The notes under the pieces: model-generated
The model's input: only the letters and a program-made list of their open reading frames with translations
Told to the model about the DNA's origin: nothing
The model's database searches: none
Source of the DNA: a virus
Lineage: Duplodnaviria > Heunggongvirae > Uroviricota > Caudoviricetes
Virus record (IMG/VR): IMGVR_UViG_3300042549_004104
Coordinates: 64,001 to 128,000 of that record
Length of the DNA stretch: 64,000 bases
Strand: one strand, 5' to 3'
In this document: positions 39,200-48,216 of the stretch, piece by piece
How positions within the stretch are numbered: the first letter of the stretch is position 1
Layout: each line of letters opens with the position of its first letter
Made by a program: the position numbers and the translations under genes

Positions 39200-40096
39200 T
39201 TATTCCTCGTATACTGTTGAACTAGATCCTTGACGAGTCCAGCTAGGATTCAACCCATTAATTTCTAAAATGTCATCACGGATATTTTGATTTCGCTTTT
39301 CCGTGTTCAATACACGACAGAAACTATTTGTAATGGCTGCTGTGTAATAAGCAAATGGGTTTGCACTTTTGGCTTCATTGAATCTTAAACCAACATATGT
39401 GAGTTGAAGAATAGCTGAGTTACGCATTTCATCATTGTATGTGTAGCCACGCCAATTAAACTTCATAGCATACTTTTCACACATCATAATATACATACGT
39501 GCTAATTTATTTGTAATATTTCCATGATCTTTACTGAATTCACCATCTTGCAGTGTACCCTTCCAATGACTTTTGCCGATACAATTAAATGAATTATTGG
39601 TATCTAACTGAAAGTGTTGGAATGGTGGAAAATTAACTTTTACATGAACCATGTCATCAATTTCCTTTGCAGTAGTAGGATCTTCTAAGTCAGCAAAAAT
39701 TTCGTCTGAATCATCTTCAAACTCAAAAATATCTTTGGCTGTTTTCTTCTTGTCAACTTTTCTAGGTTGTTTGGGCGCAACTGGAATATGATCCCAAGTC
39801 ATTACACGAAACACCAAATCAATAATTGGAATACTTAATGGATCAACACTATTTTTATCTCCTGATTCTAAACTAAGTCTAGTAGCTCTTGTTTCACGTG
39901 CTTGTTGAATAATTTCAGGCTTTAATGCATATTCTAAACTCTTTTCTATTGACTCTTGGGGCATGTCAACGATGAAATCGTATCTATGATCCTCTGGATG
40001 TAAGAATGTACAAAATGCATTTTTGCTTGTGTGAATCTCTTTTAAAATATCTTTGTTGTTAAGATAATTTACTGGTTTTTTGACTGCTATACTCAT
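39200..40096 (-). CDS. gp55: Sigma factor for late transcription (gp55 family)
   Basis: NYLNNKDIL.EI, NWRGYTYNDEM, RFNEAKSANPFAYYT....NSF.R.LN.EK; synteny 55-47-46. Confidence 0.92.
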   Translation of the reverse strand: MSIAVKKPVNYLNNKDILKEIHTSKNAFCTFLHPEDHRYDFIVDMPQESIEKSLEYALKPEIIQQARETRATRLSLESGDKNSVDPLSIPIIDLVFRVMTWDHIPVAPKQPRKVDKKKTAKDIFEFEDDSDEIFADLEDPTTAKEIDDMVHVKVNFPPFQHFQLDTNNSFNCIGKSHWKGTLQDGEFSKDHGNITNKLARMYIMMCEKYAMKFNWRGYTYNDEMRNSAILQLTYVGLRFNEAKSANPFAYYTAAITNSFCRVLNTEKRNQNIRDDILEINGLNPSWTRQGSSSTVYEE

Positions 40097-40121
40097 ATAT
40101 CTCCGTAGTTATGATGGGTCA

Positions 40122-40151
40122 ATTATAACACTTTAGTTGCAGAAATGCAAC
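40122..40151 (-). promoter_or_regulatory. Sigma70-like promoter for gp55 (TTGCAT-N17-TATAAT, extended -10) overlapped by an inverted repeat
   Basis: -35 at 40150-40145, -10 at 40127-40122; GTTGCA-GAAA-TGCAAC at 40136-40151. Confidence 0.7.
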
Positions 40152-40183
40152 AAGTATTGGTAAAAATGGGGGTTTTTTTATGC

Positions 40184-40199
40184 GATAAATATATTTAGT
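40184..40199. promoter_or_regulatory. Adjacent opposite late boxes GATAAATA (+, 40184-40191) and ACTAAATA (-, 40192-40199)
   Basis: Located at the main strand switch between gp55 and the baseplate operon. Confidence 0.55.
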
Positions 40200-40211
40200 A
40201 TAGGAATAACC

Positions 40212-40274
40212 ATGGCAAATAACCAAACAGAAATCAGACAAAAATCTACACTAACAGAAGACTCGGGGATATAA
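40212..40274 (+). CDS. Small leader ORF MANNQTEIRQKSTLTEDSGI (20 aa)
   Basis: AGGA SD with good spacing, first ATG after the late box; the stop lies 1 nt before the next ATG. Confidence 0.45.
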   Translation: MANNQTEIRQKSTLTEDSGI

Positions 40275-40275
40275 C

Positions 40276-41784
40276 ATGGCTACACTTTATCAACTTAATA
40301 GAGAAGGTAACGAACTCGGTCAACAGTTAAAAAAAACCCAAAGTAATTTGTGGGAAGCTGAAAATTATCTTGCGGATCTTAAAGCTCGACCAAATGCTAA
40401 TCCTAAAGATATAGCACTGATAGAATCAGAAGTTACAAAATTTCAAGCGCAAGAAACTGCATTACAGGCAAAAATTGATGACTGGACATTAAGATGGAGA
40501 GATGTACAAGTCAAGGCTGCTGAAAAGGCAGAGCAAGAAGAAAAGGCAGCAGCACTTGCGGCAGAACAAAAAGCGGCAGCTGAAAAAGCACGAAATCCTG
40601 GGGCTGACCTACAAAAGACCGGAGAAGGATTAACACAAGATCAAATTGATTCGGGGTTTACTCCTGTTACTCAACAACAAACCGGAGAAATAACTGAACC
40701 TATAACTGCAAGCACCGTCAATGCTCAAACAGTAACCAATGTTGATATAACAACTACCGACCCAAGTGTAAATCAAGATACTTTATTATCACCGGAACAA
40801 TCTATCGCAAAGGCTCAAGTAAAACCTGAACCTCAAGATCCACAAGTGCTTGCCGCAGATAATGTCAATAATACAAATAGTGCTATTCGTGAAGCAATCA
40901 CGAACAATCCAGTGTCTTCAGCTGGTAATAATGTAACTACTGGAAACAACACTGCTGGATCAGTAGATCAAGTTAGAAAAGAAGCTGTTGAACAAGCGCA
41001 AGATAATACAAGAGAACAAGATGACTGGAGAGTAAGATTACAATTGGCAACAGACGCTTATGATTATCTTTATAATGCTGCCAAGTTGGGTGATGTTTTA
41101 TATCCGTTACAAGTAACTAAAGGTGTCATATTTCCATACACACCTCAAATACAAATGGGTTATAAAGCAAACTATGAAGCAATAGATTTAGTACATAATA
41201 ATTATAAACAATATTTTTATAAAAACAGTAGTGTTGAGGATGTTGTAATAACTTGCGATTTTACAGCACAAGACACAAACGAAGCAGATTATTTATTAGC
41301 AGTAATGCACTTTTTCAGATCAGTAACTAAAATGTTTTTTGGAAAAGATAGTAGCCCAAGAGCAGGAACACCTCCTCCTTTGTGCTTTCTATCTGGTTTA
41401 GGACAATATCAATTTAGCGATCACCCATTGTTAATTAATAGTTTTACATATACTTTACCTAATGATGTTGATTATATACGTGCTGGAAGTACAACACAGT
41501 TTGCTGGTGTAAATTTAAGTGCATATACTCCAAAACCACAAGCATTTACTAAATCTTATTTTCCTGCACTAGATCGGTTACGTGGAAGTAAATTAAAAAA
41601 GGGAGGATATATATCACAGGACCCTGATTTTCAATATTTGTCTAATTCAAAGGCTACTTATGTACCTACTAAGATACAATTACAAATAGGAGCATATCCA
41701 ATAGTAACTAGAAAAAATACAACAAATGTATTTTCAGTGGAAAAATATGCTACTGGCGAACTATTTAAGAAAGGTTTTTGGTAA
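40276..41784 (+). CDS. Baseplate/tail-tube initiator-like protein (gp48/gp54-like position)
   Basis: Coiled-coil and low-complexity N-terminus; C-terminal domain DWRVRL...GVIFPYTPQI...HFFRSVTKMFFG...GTPPP.C.LSG.G; first gene of the baseplate operon. Confidence 0.5.
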   Translation: MATLYQLNREGNELGQQLKKTQSNLWEAENYLADLKARPNANPKDIALIESEVTKFQAQETALQAKIDDWTLRWRDVQVKAAEKAEQEEKAAALAAEQKAAAEKARNPGADLQKTGEGLTQDQIDSGFTPVTQQQTGEITEPITASTVNAQTVTNVDITTTDPSVNQDTLLSPEQSIAKAQVKPEPQDPQVLAADNVNNTNSAIREAITNNPVSSAGNNVTTGNNTAGSVDQVRKEAVEQAQDNTREQDDWRVRLQLATDAYDYLYNAAKLGDVLYPLQVTKGVIFPYTPQIQMGYKANYEAIDLVHNNYKQYFYKNSSVEDVVITCDFTAQDTNEADYLLAVMHFFRSVTKMFFGKDSSPRAGTPPPLCFLSGLGQYQFSDHPLLINSFTYTLPNDVDYIRAGSTTQFAGVNLSAYTPKPQAFTKSYFPALDRLRGSKLKKGGYISQDPDFQYLSNSKATYVPTKIQLQIGAYPIVTRKNTTNVFSVEKYATGELFKKGFW

Positions 41785-42083
41785 TGAGTTACCCACAAAC
41801 AAGTCCTTACTATTTAACAGGCATTTACGAACAACAATTTCTTGACAACATGACAAATAGACCTATACCGGTAAACACCTTAGATCAATATTGGACTATC
41901 ACTCAAACATATCATTTAAGACCTGATTTGTTAGCGTATGATTTGTATGATGATAGTAAACTATGGTGGGTATTTGCACAAAGAAATCCTAATACTTTGG
42001 CCGATCCGTTGTTTGATTTTGTAGTAGGTAAAAATATTTACATACCACAAGCTGCAACATTACAAACAGCGTTAGGATTATAA
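41784..42083 (+). CDS. gp53: Baseplate wedge protein, gp53/LysM-like
   Basis: RPDLLAYDLYDDSKLWWVFAQRN...IYIP; start reassigned to ATG 41784 (TAATG overlap). Confidence 0.75.
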   Translation: MSYPQTSPYYLTGIYEQQFLDNMTNRPIPVNTLDQYWTITQTYHLRPDLLAYDLYDDSKLWWVFAQRNPNTLADPLFDFVVGKNIYIPQAATLQTALGL

Positions 42084-42084
42084 A

Positions 42085-44937
42085 ATGGCAGTTACAAATC
42101 AAGCCGAGTTTGATGCTTCTGTTGCAAAAGCAGAAGAAGCTAAAAAACTATCTATTCAATATTATGATGCATTTAAACAAGCTGTTAAAAACGGAAATAC
42201 TCAACTTGATCTCTATGTAGGTCAAATAACAGCAATAAGAAATGATTCTACTCTTAGTAATACTGAAAAAAAGCAAAAAGAGTTAGAGATAAGAAAAGGG
42301 CCAGTTGCAGAAATAGGAAGCATAACTGTTGCTGATTCTAGGACTTATTTTTTACAGACTTCTGAAATTCCTAGTACATTGTCTGACCCAATTAAAAATA
42401 CTTATCTTAAGAATATGGCAGAGAGCATACAATCACAACAAGCTGCCATCGATAAAAATAATTCATCTATTGCAAAGTTAGAAGCAGAATTGGGTCAACC
42501 TAATCAATCTACAGAAAATAAAACGCCCACTGAAAATCCTGAAGAAACTAAACCTGCAGAAAATAAAGTACAAGATAATAATGCAACTCCTGCTGTTACA
42601 GGAACTGCTGAATCTAACGAAGGTAATCTCACCCCAATTGCACAAAATGATGAAGATGTTTATAAAGGGCGAGCAGTTGAAGTAAAAGGAGTTGGAGATA
42701 AAGGTGACAGATTAACACCTGTACGTCCATCTAATCCTTTAAGTGCTTTTAGCAGTTATACTTATAACATAAGTTTGTATGGGATAACACCGGAAGCATA
42801 TAATAACTGGAATGTTAATGGAAAATGGCTCACAAAAGATTTATCTCTTTTAATGCAAAGTGGTGGTATTAATTCAAAATTAGATGGTGCTAGAAATGAA
42901 TTTTTTGATTTAGATTTTACCATAGATGATCTTGAAATAATTACACTTACTAATGCTAAAGCTACACGATTTGCAGGAAACCAAAGTGGTTTTAAATTTA
43001 AAATTTATGAACCAACTGGAGTTTCATTTTTATCTAGACTAGTTAACGCACAAGTAAAAATACAAGAACGAACAAATATAAAAAGTGATATTAAACAACA
43101 AATACAAGCATTACAATGTCCTTTTTTATTAGTAATAAGATTTTATGGATATGACGAAAAAGGTAAATTAGTCAAAAATTTATCTGATCCTAATTCTAAT
43201 AGCTCTACTAAAACTGATAGTAATTCAAATTTTGAAAGAGCCTTCCCTATTATTTTCAGTAAACTTACTTTTAAATTAGATGGTAAGGTTACTGTATATG
43301 ATATTGAGGCAAAAATGCTAAATGAAAATATCGGGTATGGATCTGAAAAGGGAGTTATTAAAACTGGATTTGAAATCGTGTCAGACACAGTTAGTAATGC
43401 TATAAATTCTCTTCTGGATAAAGTTAATAAACAACAAAAAGATTTAACAATAGCACCAAAAGATCCTAAATCGTCAGCTCCGCAAGAAATAGCTGATGTA
43501 TATAAAGTTATGTTTGAAGACCAATCGGGTATTGCAGATGCATTGATTGTTGATCAAGATTACTATGTAAAAACGTATACTCCATCGTCTACTGGAATTA
43601 GTTACGCTAGTCAAGTTAATGAACGAACTGCTCAAATAAGTACCCAATCAGTTACAAAAGATCAAAGAATAATTAAGATTGCTGAAGGCTCATCAGTATT
43701 AACTGCAATTGAAGCTATCATAACTCAGAGTACATTCATAAAAAATTCACTAAACAAACTTGAAAAAGAAGAACTTCAAAAGAAACAACCAAATGATTCG
43801 TCAGTGCAAACTACGTCTGAACAGTTAGATTTATATTGGTACACCACAAGACCCATGGTTAAAATCATTGGATATGATAAAGCAAGAAATCAATATGCAC
43901 ACGAAATCACTTACAATGTCATAAAGTATAGAATCCCTCATGTTCAAACATTATACTTAAATAAAACTTTGAAATATCACGGCCCTCATAAAATTTATGA
44001 ATATTACTATTCAGGTAATAATACTGAGATTATAGATTTCAATGCAACTTTTAATTTAGCATATTATAACATAGGGTCTTTAGCTAGTTCTGCCCCAAAT
44101 GCTACTAATTCCAATGATTCTGTACGTAATAGTAGAGAACCAGGGCAAAATGGTGATTCTACAAACAAATTGCCAGGTACAAATGAATTAGTTAATAGTC
44201 TTAAAAGTTATTTGTATAGTCCTACAGATTTATTAAATGCAACAATAACTATTTTAGGTGATCCGGATTATCTAATGCCTGGTCAAGCCGGCGACGCGGC
44301 AAATATGTTTAAATTATTTTATGGTCCTGATTTTACAATTAATCCAAATAGTGGTGAAGTTTTCATAGAGATAGGATTTAAACAAGTAAAAGATTATGAT
44401 ACATACTGGGGAATTTTAGAGCCACAAGATAATGTGGTATTTTGGACATACCCACAAGACTCAGAGATCCAACGAAGAACAAATGGAAGAATGGTTTACA
44501 TGTTAACCCAAGTTACAAGTAGATTTTCAGGTGGTGTTTTTAAGCAAGAATTAAAATCAGTAATACCATCATTTATAGACCAACCAAAAGGTGCAGGAGG
44601 TGGTGGTGGATTACGTGCAGATGAGAATCAATCTCAAGCTGAAGTTAACAGACTATTAAGACAAAATGCAAATAAAACTAAACCAAACATTGTTTCTAAG
44701 CCTAAACTACCTAGTAAACCACCATCAACTACTTCAAGTAGTGCGGCCGGAATGAAAAACTATAAACCAAGATTTACACAAACAGTTAATGATGATAATG
44801 CACCAGTAAAAATTAGAAATTTAGACAAAGTAAATAATTTTCAATTGGAAGAATATAGAAAAAAACTTGCTGCCGTCAACAAAAAAGATTCTGCCAAACC
44901 TAGCCGCAGTGCGACTGGCCGGCTTGAAGGAAAATAA
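42085..44937 (+). CDS. Putative baseplate hub protein (gp27-like position)
   Basis: Between the gp53-like and gp5-like genes; NPLS.FSSYTYNISL, FKIYEPTG, ATITILGDPDYL, VTSRFSGGVFKQEL. Confidence 0.5.
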   Translation: MAVTNQAEFDASVAKAEEAKKLSIQYYDAFKQAVKNGNTQLDLYVGQITAIRNDSTLSNTEKKQKELEIRKGPVAEIGSITVADSRTYFLQTSEIPSTLSDPIKNTYLKNMAESIQSQQAAIDKNNSSIAKLEAELGQPNQSTENKTPTENPEETKPAENKVQDNNATPAVTGTAESNEGNLTPIAQNDEDVYKGRAVEVKGVGDKGDRLTPVRPSNPLSAFSSYTYNISLYGITPEAYNNWNVNGKWLTKDLSLLMQSGGINSKLDGARNEFFDLDFTIDDLEIITLTNAKATRFAGNQSGFKFKIYEPTGVSFLSRLVNAQVKIQERTNIKSDIKQQIQALQCPFLLVIRFYGYDEKGKLVKNLSDPNSNSSTKTDSNSNFERAFPIIFSKLTFKLDGKVTVYDIEAKMLNENIGYGSEKGVIKTGFEIVSDTVSNAINSLLDKVNKQQKDLTIAPKDPKSSAPQEIADVYKVMFEDQSGIADALIVDQDYYVKTYTPSSTGISYASQVNERTAQISTQSVTKDQRIIKIAEGSSVLTAIEAIITQSTFIKNSLNKLEKEELQKKQPNDSSVQTTSEQLDLYWYTTRPMVKIIGYDKARNQYAHEITYNVIKYRIPHVQTLYLNKTLKYHGPHKIYEYYYSGNNTEIIDFNATFNLAYYNIGSLASSAPNATNSNDSVRNSREPGQNGDSTNKLPGTNELVNSLKSYLYSPTDLLNATITILGDPDYLMPGQAGDAANMFKLFYGPDFTINPNSGEVFIEIGFKQVKDYDTYWGILEPQDNVVFWTYPQDSEIQRRTNGRMVYMLTQVTSRFSGGVFKQELKSVIPSFIDQPKGAGGGGGLRADENQSQAEVNRLLRQNANKTKPNIVSKPKLPSKPPSTTSSSAAGMKNYKPRFTQTVNDDNAPVKIRNLDKVNNFQLEEYRKKLAAVNKKDSAKPSRSATGRLEGK

Positions 44938-44943
44938 TATTAT

Positions 44944-47700
44944 ATGAGTAATGAAAATATCATTAAACAACGGGGTACATTAAGCAACTACCGCGATGAT
45001 CGTGGCAGTGCTATATTATATCCTCATCCTATAATAGGTATTGTAAAGAATAACATAGATAATTTAAGATCAGGAAAAATTCAAGTTTATTTAAAAAGGT
45101 TAAATGAATACGATGAAAATGATCCTGACAATTGGACTACTGTTCGCTATTCTAGTCCTTTCTTTGGGTATACACCTAATACAGGTAGCCCCAATAGCGA
45201 CGGCACTTTCACAGGCAACCGCAATAGTTATGGTTTTTGGGCTACCCCACCTGATATTGGAACAGAAGTTATTTGTGTTTTCATCAACGGTGATCCTAGT
45301 CTAGGATATTATGTTGGTAATATACCGCCTATATCATTGACACATATGGTTCCTGCTATAGGTAGTGCTAAAGCTGTGATTCCAAACGCAGGTGAAGCTG
45401 AAGGTTATGGTGGGGCATCAGTGTTGCCAGTGACAGAATATAATGATGTAAATAAGGGTCAAGATAATAGCTCAACACCAAACACGGAACCTAGACCAAT
45501 TCATAGTTATCAGGCAGCAATTTTAAATAAACAGGGGTTAATCAGAGACCCTGCAAGAGGCGTAATATCTAGTAGCAGTACACGTGAAAGCCCAAGTAGA
45601 GTGTTTGGTATGAGTACTCCCGGCAGACCTATCTATAAGGGAGGTTACGGAGGAGAAGGTCAACCACCAATTGAAGAAGCAATTAAAAACACATCTACGC
45701 CTGCTGAGAATTTTCAGGTAACTGGTAGATTAGGTGGGCATAGTATCGTAATGGATGACGGCGACCTACTTGGAAAAGACCAATTATTGAGATTTAGAAC
45801 AAGCACTGGTCATATGATATTAATGAGTGACACTGCACAAACATTATTCATCATTCATTCAAACGGACAAAGTTATATTGAGTTGGGCAAAGAAGGTACG
45901 ATTGACATGTACGCTACTAATAGTGTCAATATAAGAACACAAGGTGATTTGAATTTACACGCAGATAATAATATCAATATTAATGCAGCCAATCAATTAA
46001 GTATATCCGCAAAAACATTAAAAACACAAAGCATTGACTCAACTACTCAATATACAGGAACTACTTTCGAACAGTATACTAAAGGCAATCATACTCTTAA
46101 AGTTAATAGTAAAATGAGTTTTGAAAGTAAAGGTGAAAGCAGTTTAAAAAGCGGTGGTACCAATTATATAAACGGCGGGCCTAATATAATGTTGAATTCA
46201 GGTTCAGGTTCATTGAACCCAGAAGAAGTGAAACAATTACCAATAACTGCCCATTATGATACTTTGTACGATTCATCAAAGGGATATGTATCAACTCCTG
46301 ATAAATTACAAAGTATTGTAAGTCGTGCCCCTACTCATTCTCCTTGGGAAGATGCAAACAAAGGAGTAAATGTTAAAACAAATTTAGATGCAGGTGCTAA
46401 TTTACCTGCAGCACCTTCTCCTAGTCTTGAATCAGTAAATCAATCAACACAAAATGCATCAGTAACAACAACAACACCTTCTGTAACCGCAACTGTCCCG
46501 CAAGTTAGTAATGCAAGCAATAATTTAGATCAAGGATCAACTGTTGCATTAGCTAGTCAACTTGCAGTAAATGCCGGCAATGGTCCTGCAAAAGATGCTA
46601 TCGCAACTAATGCAGGTGTTGTATCGGGTGCAAATGGTAAAATGGCTAGCCTATCTCCATATGGATTAAATCCAAGTCAATTGGTTGCAACTGGTTATTT
46701 AAAACCAGGAACAGATGTTGCAATTAATAAATTAATAAATGAAGGTAAAACATTAGATGAAGCTATGCCCGATAACTGCTGGACCGGTAAAGATGGTATT
46801 ACATCAACTCAATCTTTCCTAAATAGCAAACAAGCACAATCTAATGCCGCGGTCAATTTAATTAGTCAGGGTGAGAAATCGATGATTGATGCTGGTATCA
46901 TTACAGGCAATGAAAGCCCAACACAAACAGGTGGGGTTATATTAAGTGCAGTTTCTGCCGGAGTTGCTTCAACTGTAGACTATGTAAAAACATCTGCATC
47001 TTCAGCAATCTCAGTTGATGCCCCAATTACTAGTCCTACTGTTAATAGTGTTACTAATGTTAGTGCAAGTAGTTTAAGCGGAGTAATTAGTCCATATGCT
47101 ATAAAACCGTCTAATGCTATTGCAAGTGGAAATAATGCAACAGCTATGGCAGATTCATTTAAGACAGGAAATAAATCTAAATCAAACTTTAGTTTAAAGG
47201 GATCTGTCGCCGGACTTTTCAATAAAGCAGTAAGTAAATTTAAATCGTTAAAACCAAATATTCCGCAGAAATTAACCGGTGTTATATCTGATGCAGGAGA
47301 TAAGGCATTAGATAAAACACTCGCAAGTACTTTAGGTACAGGAGGTCCGGTCAATATAAAAATTGCTTCAGCTATAAAAAATAGTTTTAATTCCGGAGCA
47401 CTATCGGCTCAAAGTACTAAATTGTTAGGGGACAAGGGCATTCCTCCTCTAGCGTTTGATGCAACATCTACTACCCCTAAGGAACAATCAGCAGAAGGTG
47501 GTAAAAAATATGATACATTAAAGGCTGAGCTAACAAAATTAGATGATGATAAATGGGTATTGCGTAAAAAATACTACGATGCAAAGAAAATATATGGTGA
47601 CAGTTCTCCTGAAGCACAAGCCGCAGAAGCTGATTATAAAAAATGTTTACAAAGAATTGAAGAAGTTCGCAAAGAGATGTTTAAGGCAAGCACATCATAA
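44944..47700 (+). CDS. gp5: Baseplate central spike, gp5/VgrG-like (OB-fold + beta-helix + C-terminal extension)
   Basis: GIVKNNID..RSGKIQVY...SYGFWATPPDIGTEVICVF.NGD...GYY.G; GHSIVMDDG; beta-helix repeats; directly upstream of gp25. Confidence 0.75.
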   Translation: MSNENIIKQRGTLSNYRDDRGSAILYPHPIIGIVKNNIDNLRSGKIQVYLKRLNEYDENDPDNWTTVRYSSPFFGYTPNTGSPNSDGTFTGNRNSYGFWATPPDIGTEVICVFINGDPSLGYYVGNIPPISLTHMVPAIGSAKAVIPNAGEAEGYGGASVLPVTEYNDVNKGQDNSSTPNTEPRPIHSYQAAILNKQGLIRDPARGVISSSSTRESPSRVFGMSTPGRPIYKGGYGGEGQPPIEEAIKNTSTPAENFQVTGRLGGHSIVMDDGDLLGKDQLLRFRTSTGHMILMSDTAQTLFIIHSNGQSYIELGKEGTIDMYATNSVNIRTQGDLNLHADNNININAANQLSISAKTLKTQSIDSTTQYTGTTFEQYTKGNHTLKVNSKMSFESKGESSLKSGGTNYINGGPNIMLNSGSGSLNPEEVKQLPITAHYDTLYDSSKGYVSTPDKLQSIVSRAPTHSPWEDANKGVNVKTNLDAGANLPAAPSPSLESVNQSTQNASVTTTTPSVTATVPQVSNASNNLDQGSTVALASQLAVNAGNGPAKDAIATNAGVVSGANGKMASLSPYGLNPSQLVATGYLKPGTDVAINKLINEGKTLDEAMPDNCWTGKDGITSTQSFLNSKQAQSNAAVNLISQGEKSMIDAGIITGNESPTQTGGVILSAVSAGVASTVDYVKTSASSAISVDAPITSPTVNSVTNVSASSLSGVISPYAIKPSNAIASGNNATAMADSFKTGNKSKSNFSLKGSVAGLFNKAVSKFKSLKPNIPQKLTGVISDAGDKALDKTLASTLGTGGPVNIKIASAIKNSFNSGALSAQSTKLLGDKGIPPLAFDATSTTPKEQSAEGGKKYDTLKAELTKLDDDKWVLRKKYYDAKKIYGDSSPEAQAAEADYKKCLQRIEEVRKEMFKASTS

Positions 47701-47703
47701 ATA
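47696..47703 (+). promoter_or_regulatory. Late promoter box CATAAATA
   Basis: Overlaps the gp5 stop; AGGA SD and gp25 ATG follow. Confidence 0.5.
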
Positions 47704-47720
47704 TGGTATAGGATATAAAA

Positions 47721-48170
47721 ATGGCTACTTTTATAGGATTTAACACTCAAAAAATAGATCAAGTTCGTAAAACATCATTTATTGATAGTGGTGATGGTGG
47801 TTCCGGATCGGTCACTAATTCAATAAGACCAACTAAAAAATTTAGAACAGTCGATAGAGATTTAGTAGTGCAAGATTTAATCAATGCATTGAACATTCCC
47901 CAGGGACAAAAGCCCGGTAAACCTGAATACGGCACTACGTTATGGAGTTTTGTGTTTGAACCTAATACAGTAGATGTTCAAATCCAAATTGAAAATGAAA
48001 TACGAAGGATAGCAGGCCAAGATCCTAGGTTAACTCTAAACAGTGTGGTTTCTTATCCACAAGACAATGGTATACTGGTTGAAGTTGAGTTTGCTATTTC
48101 TCCCTTCAATGATGTAGAGCAATTAGCTATTAGATTCGATCAAAACACGACCCAAGCATATAGTGCCTAA
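47721..48170 (+). CDS. gp25: Baseplate wedge subunit (gp25/GPW family)
   Basis: LVVQDLINALNIPQGQKPGKPEYGTTLWSFVFEP...DPRL. Confidence 0.9.
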   Translation: MATFIGFNTQKIDQVRKTSFIDSGDGGSGSVTNSIRPTKKFRTVDRDLVVQDLINALNIPQGQKPGKPEYGTTLWSFVFEPNTVDVQIQIENEIRRIAGQDPRLTLNSVVSYPQDNGILVEVEFAISPFNDVEQLAIRFDQNTTQAYSA

Positions 48171-48190
48171 ATTTAGGTGTTTTTCAAATA

Positions 48191-48198
48191 GATAAATA
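48191..48198 (+). promoter_or_regulatory. Late promoter box GATAAATA
   Basis: Intergenic, upstream of gp6. Confidence 0.6.
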
Positions 48199-48216
48199 CT
48201 ATAAAGAGATTATAGT

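Noticed and set aside
40160-40180. Terminator-like GGGGG-TTTTTTT run
   Set aside because: No complementary C-rich arm to form a stem.
48162-48184. Hairpin plus T-run after gp25
   Set aside because: The stem relies on three G-U pairs; too weak to call.
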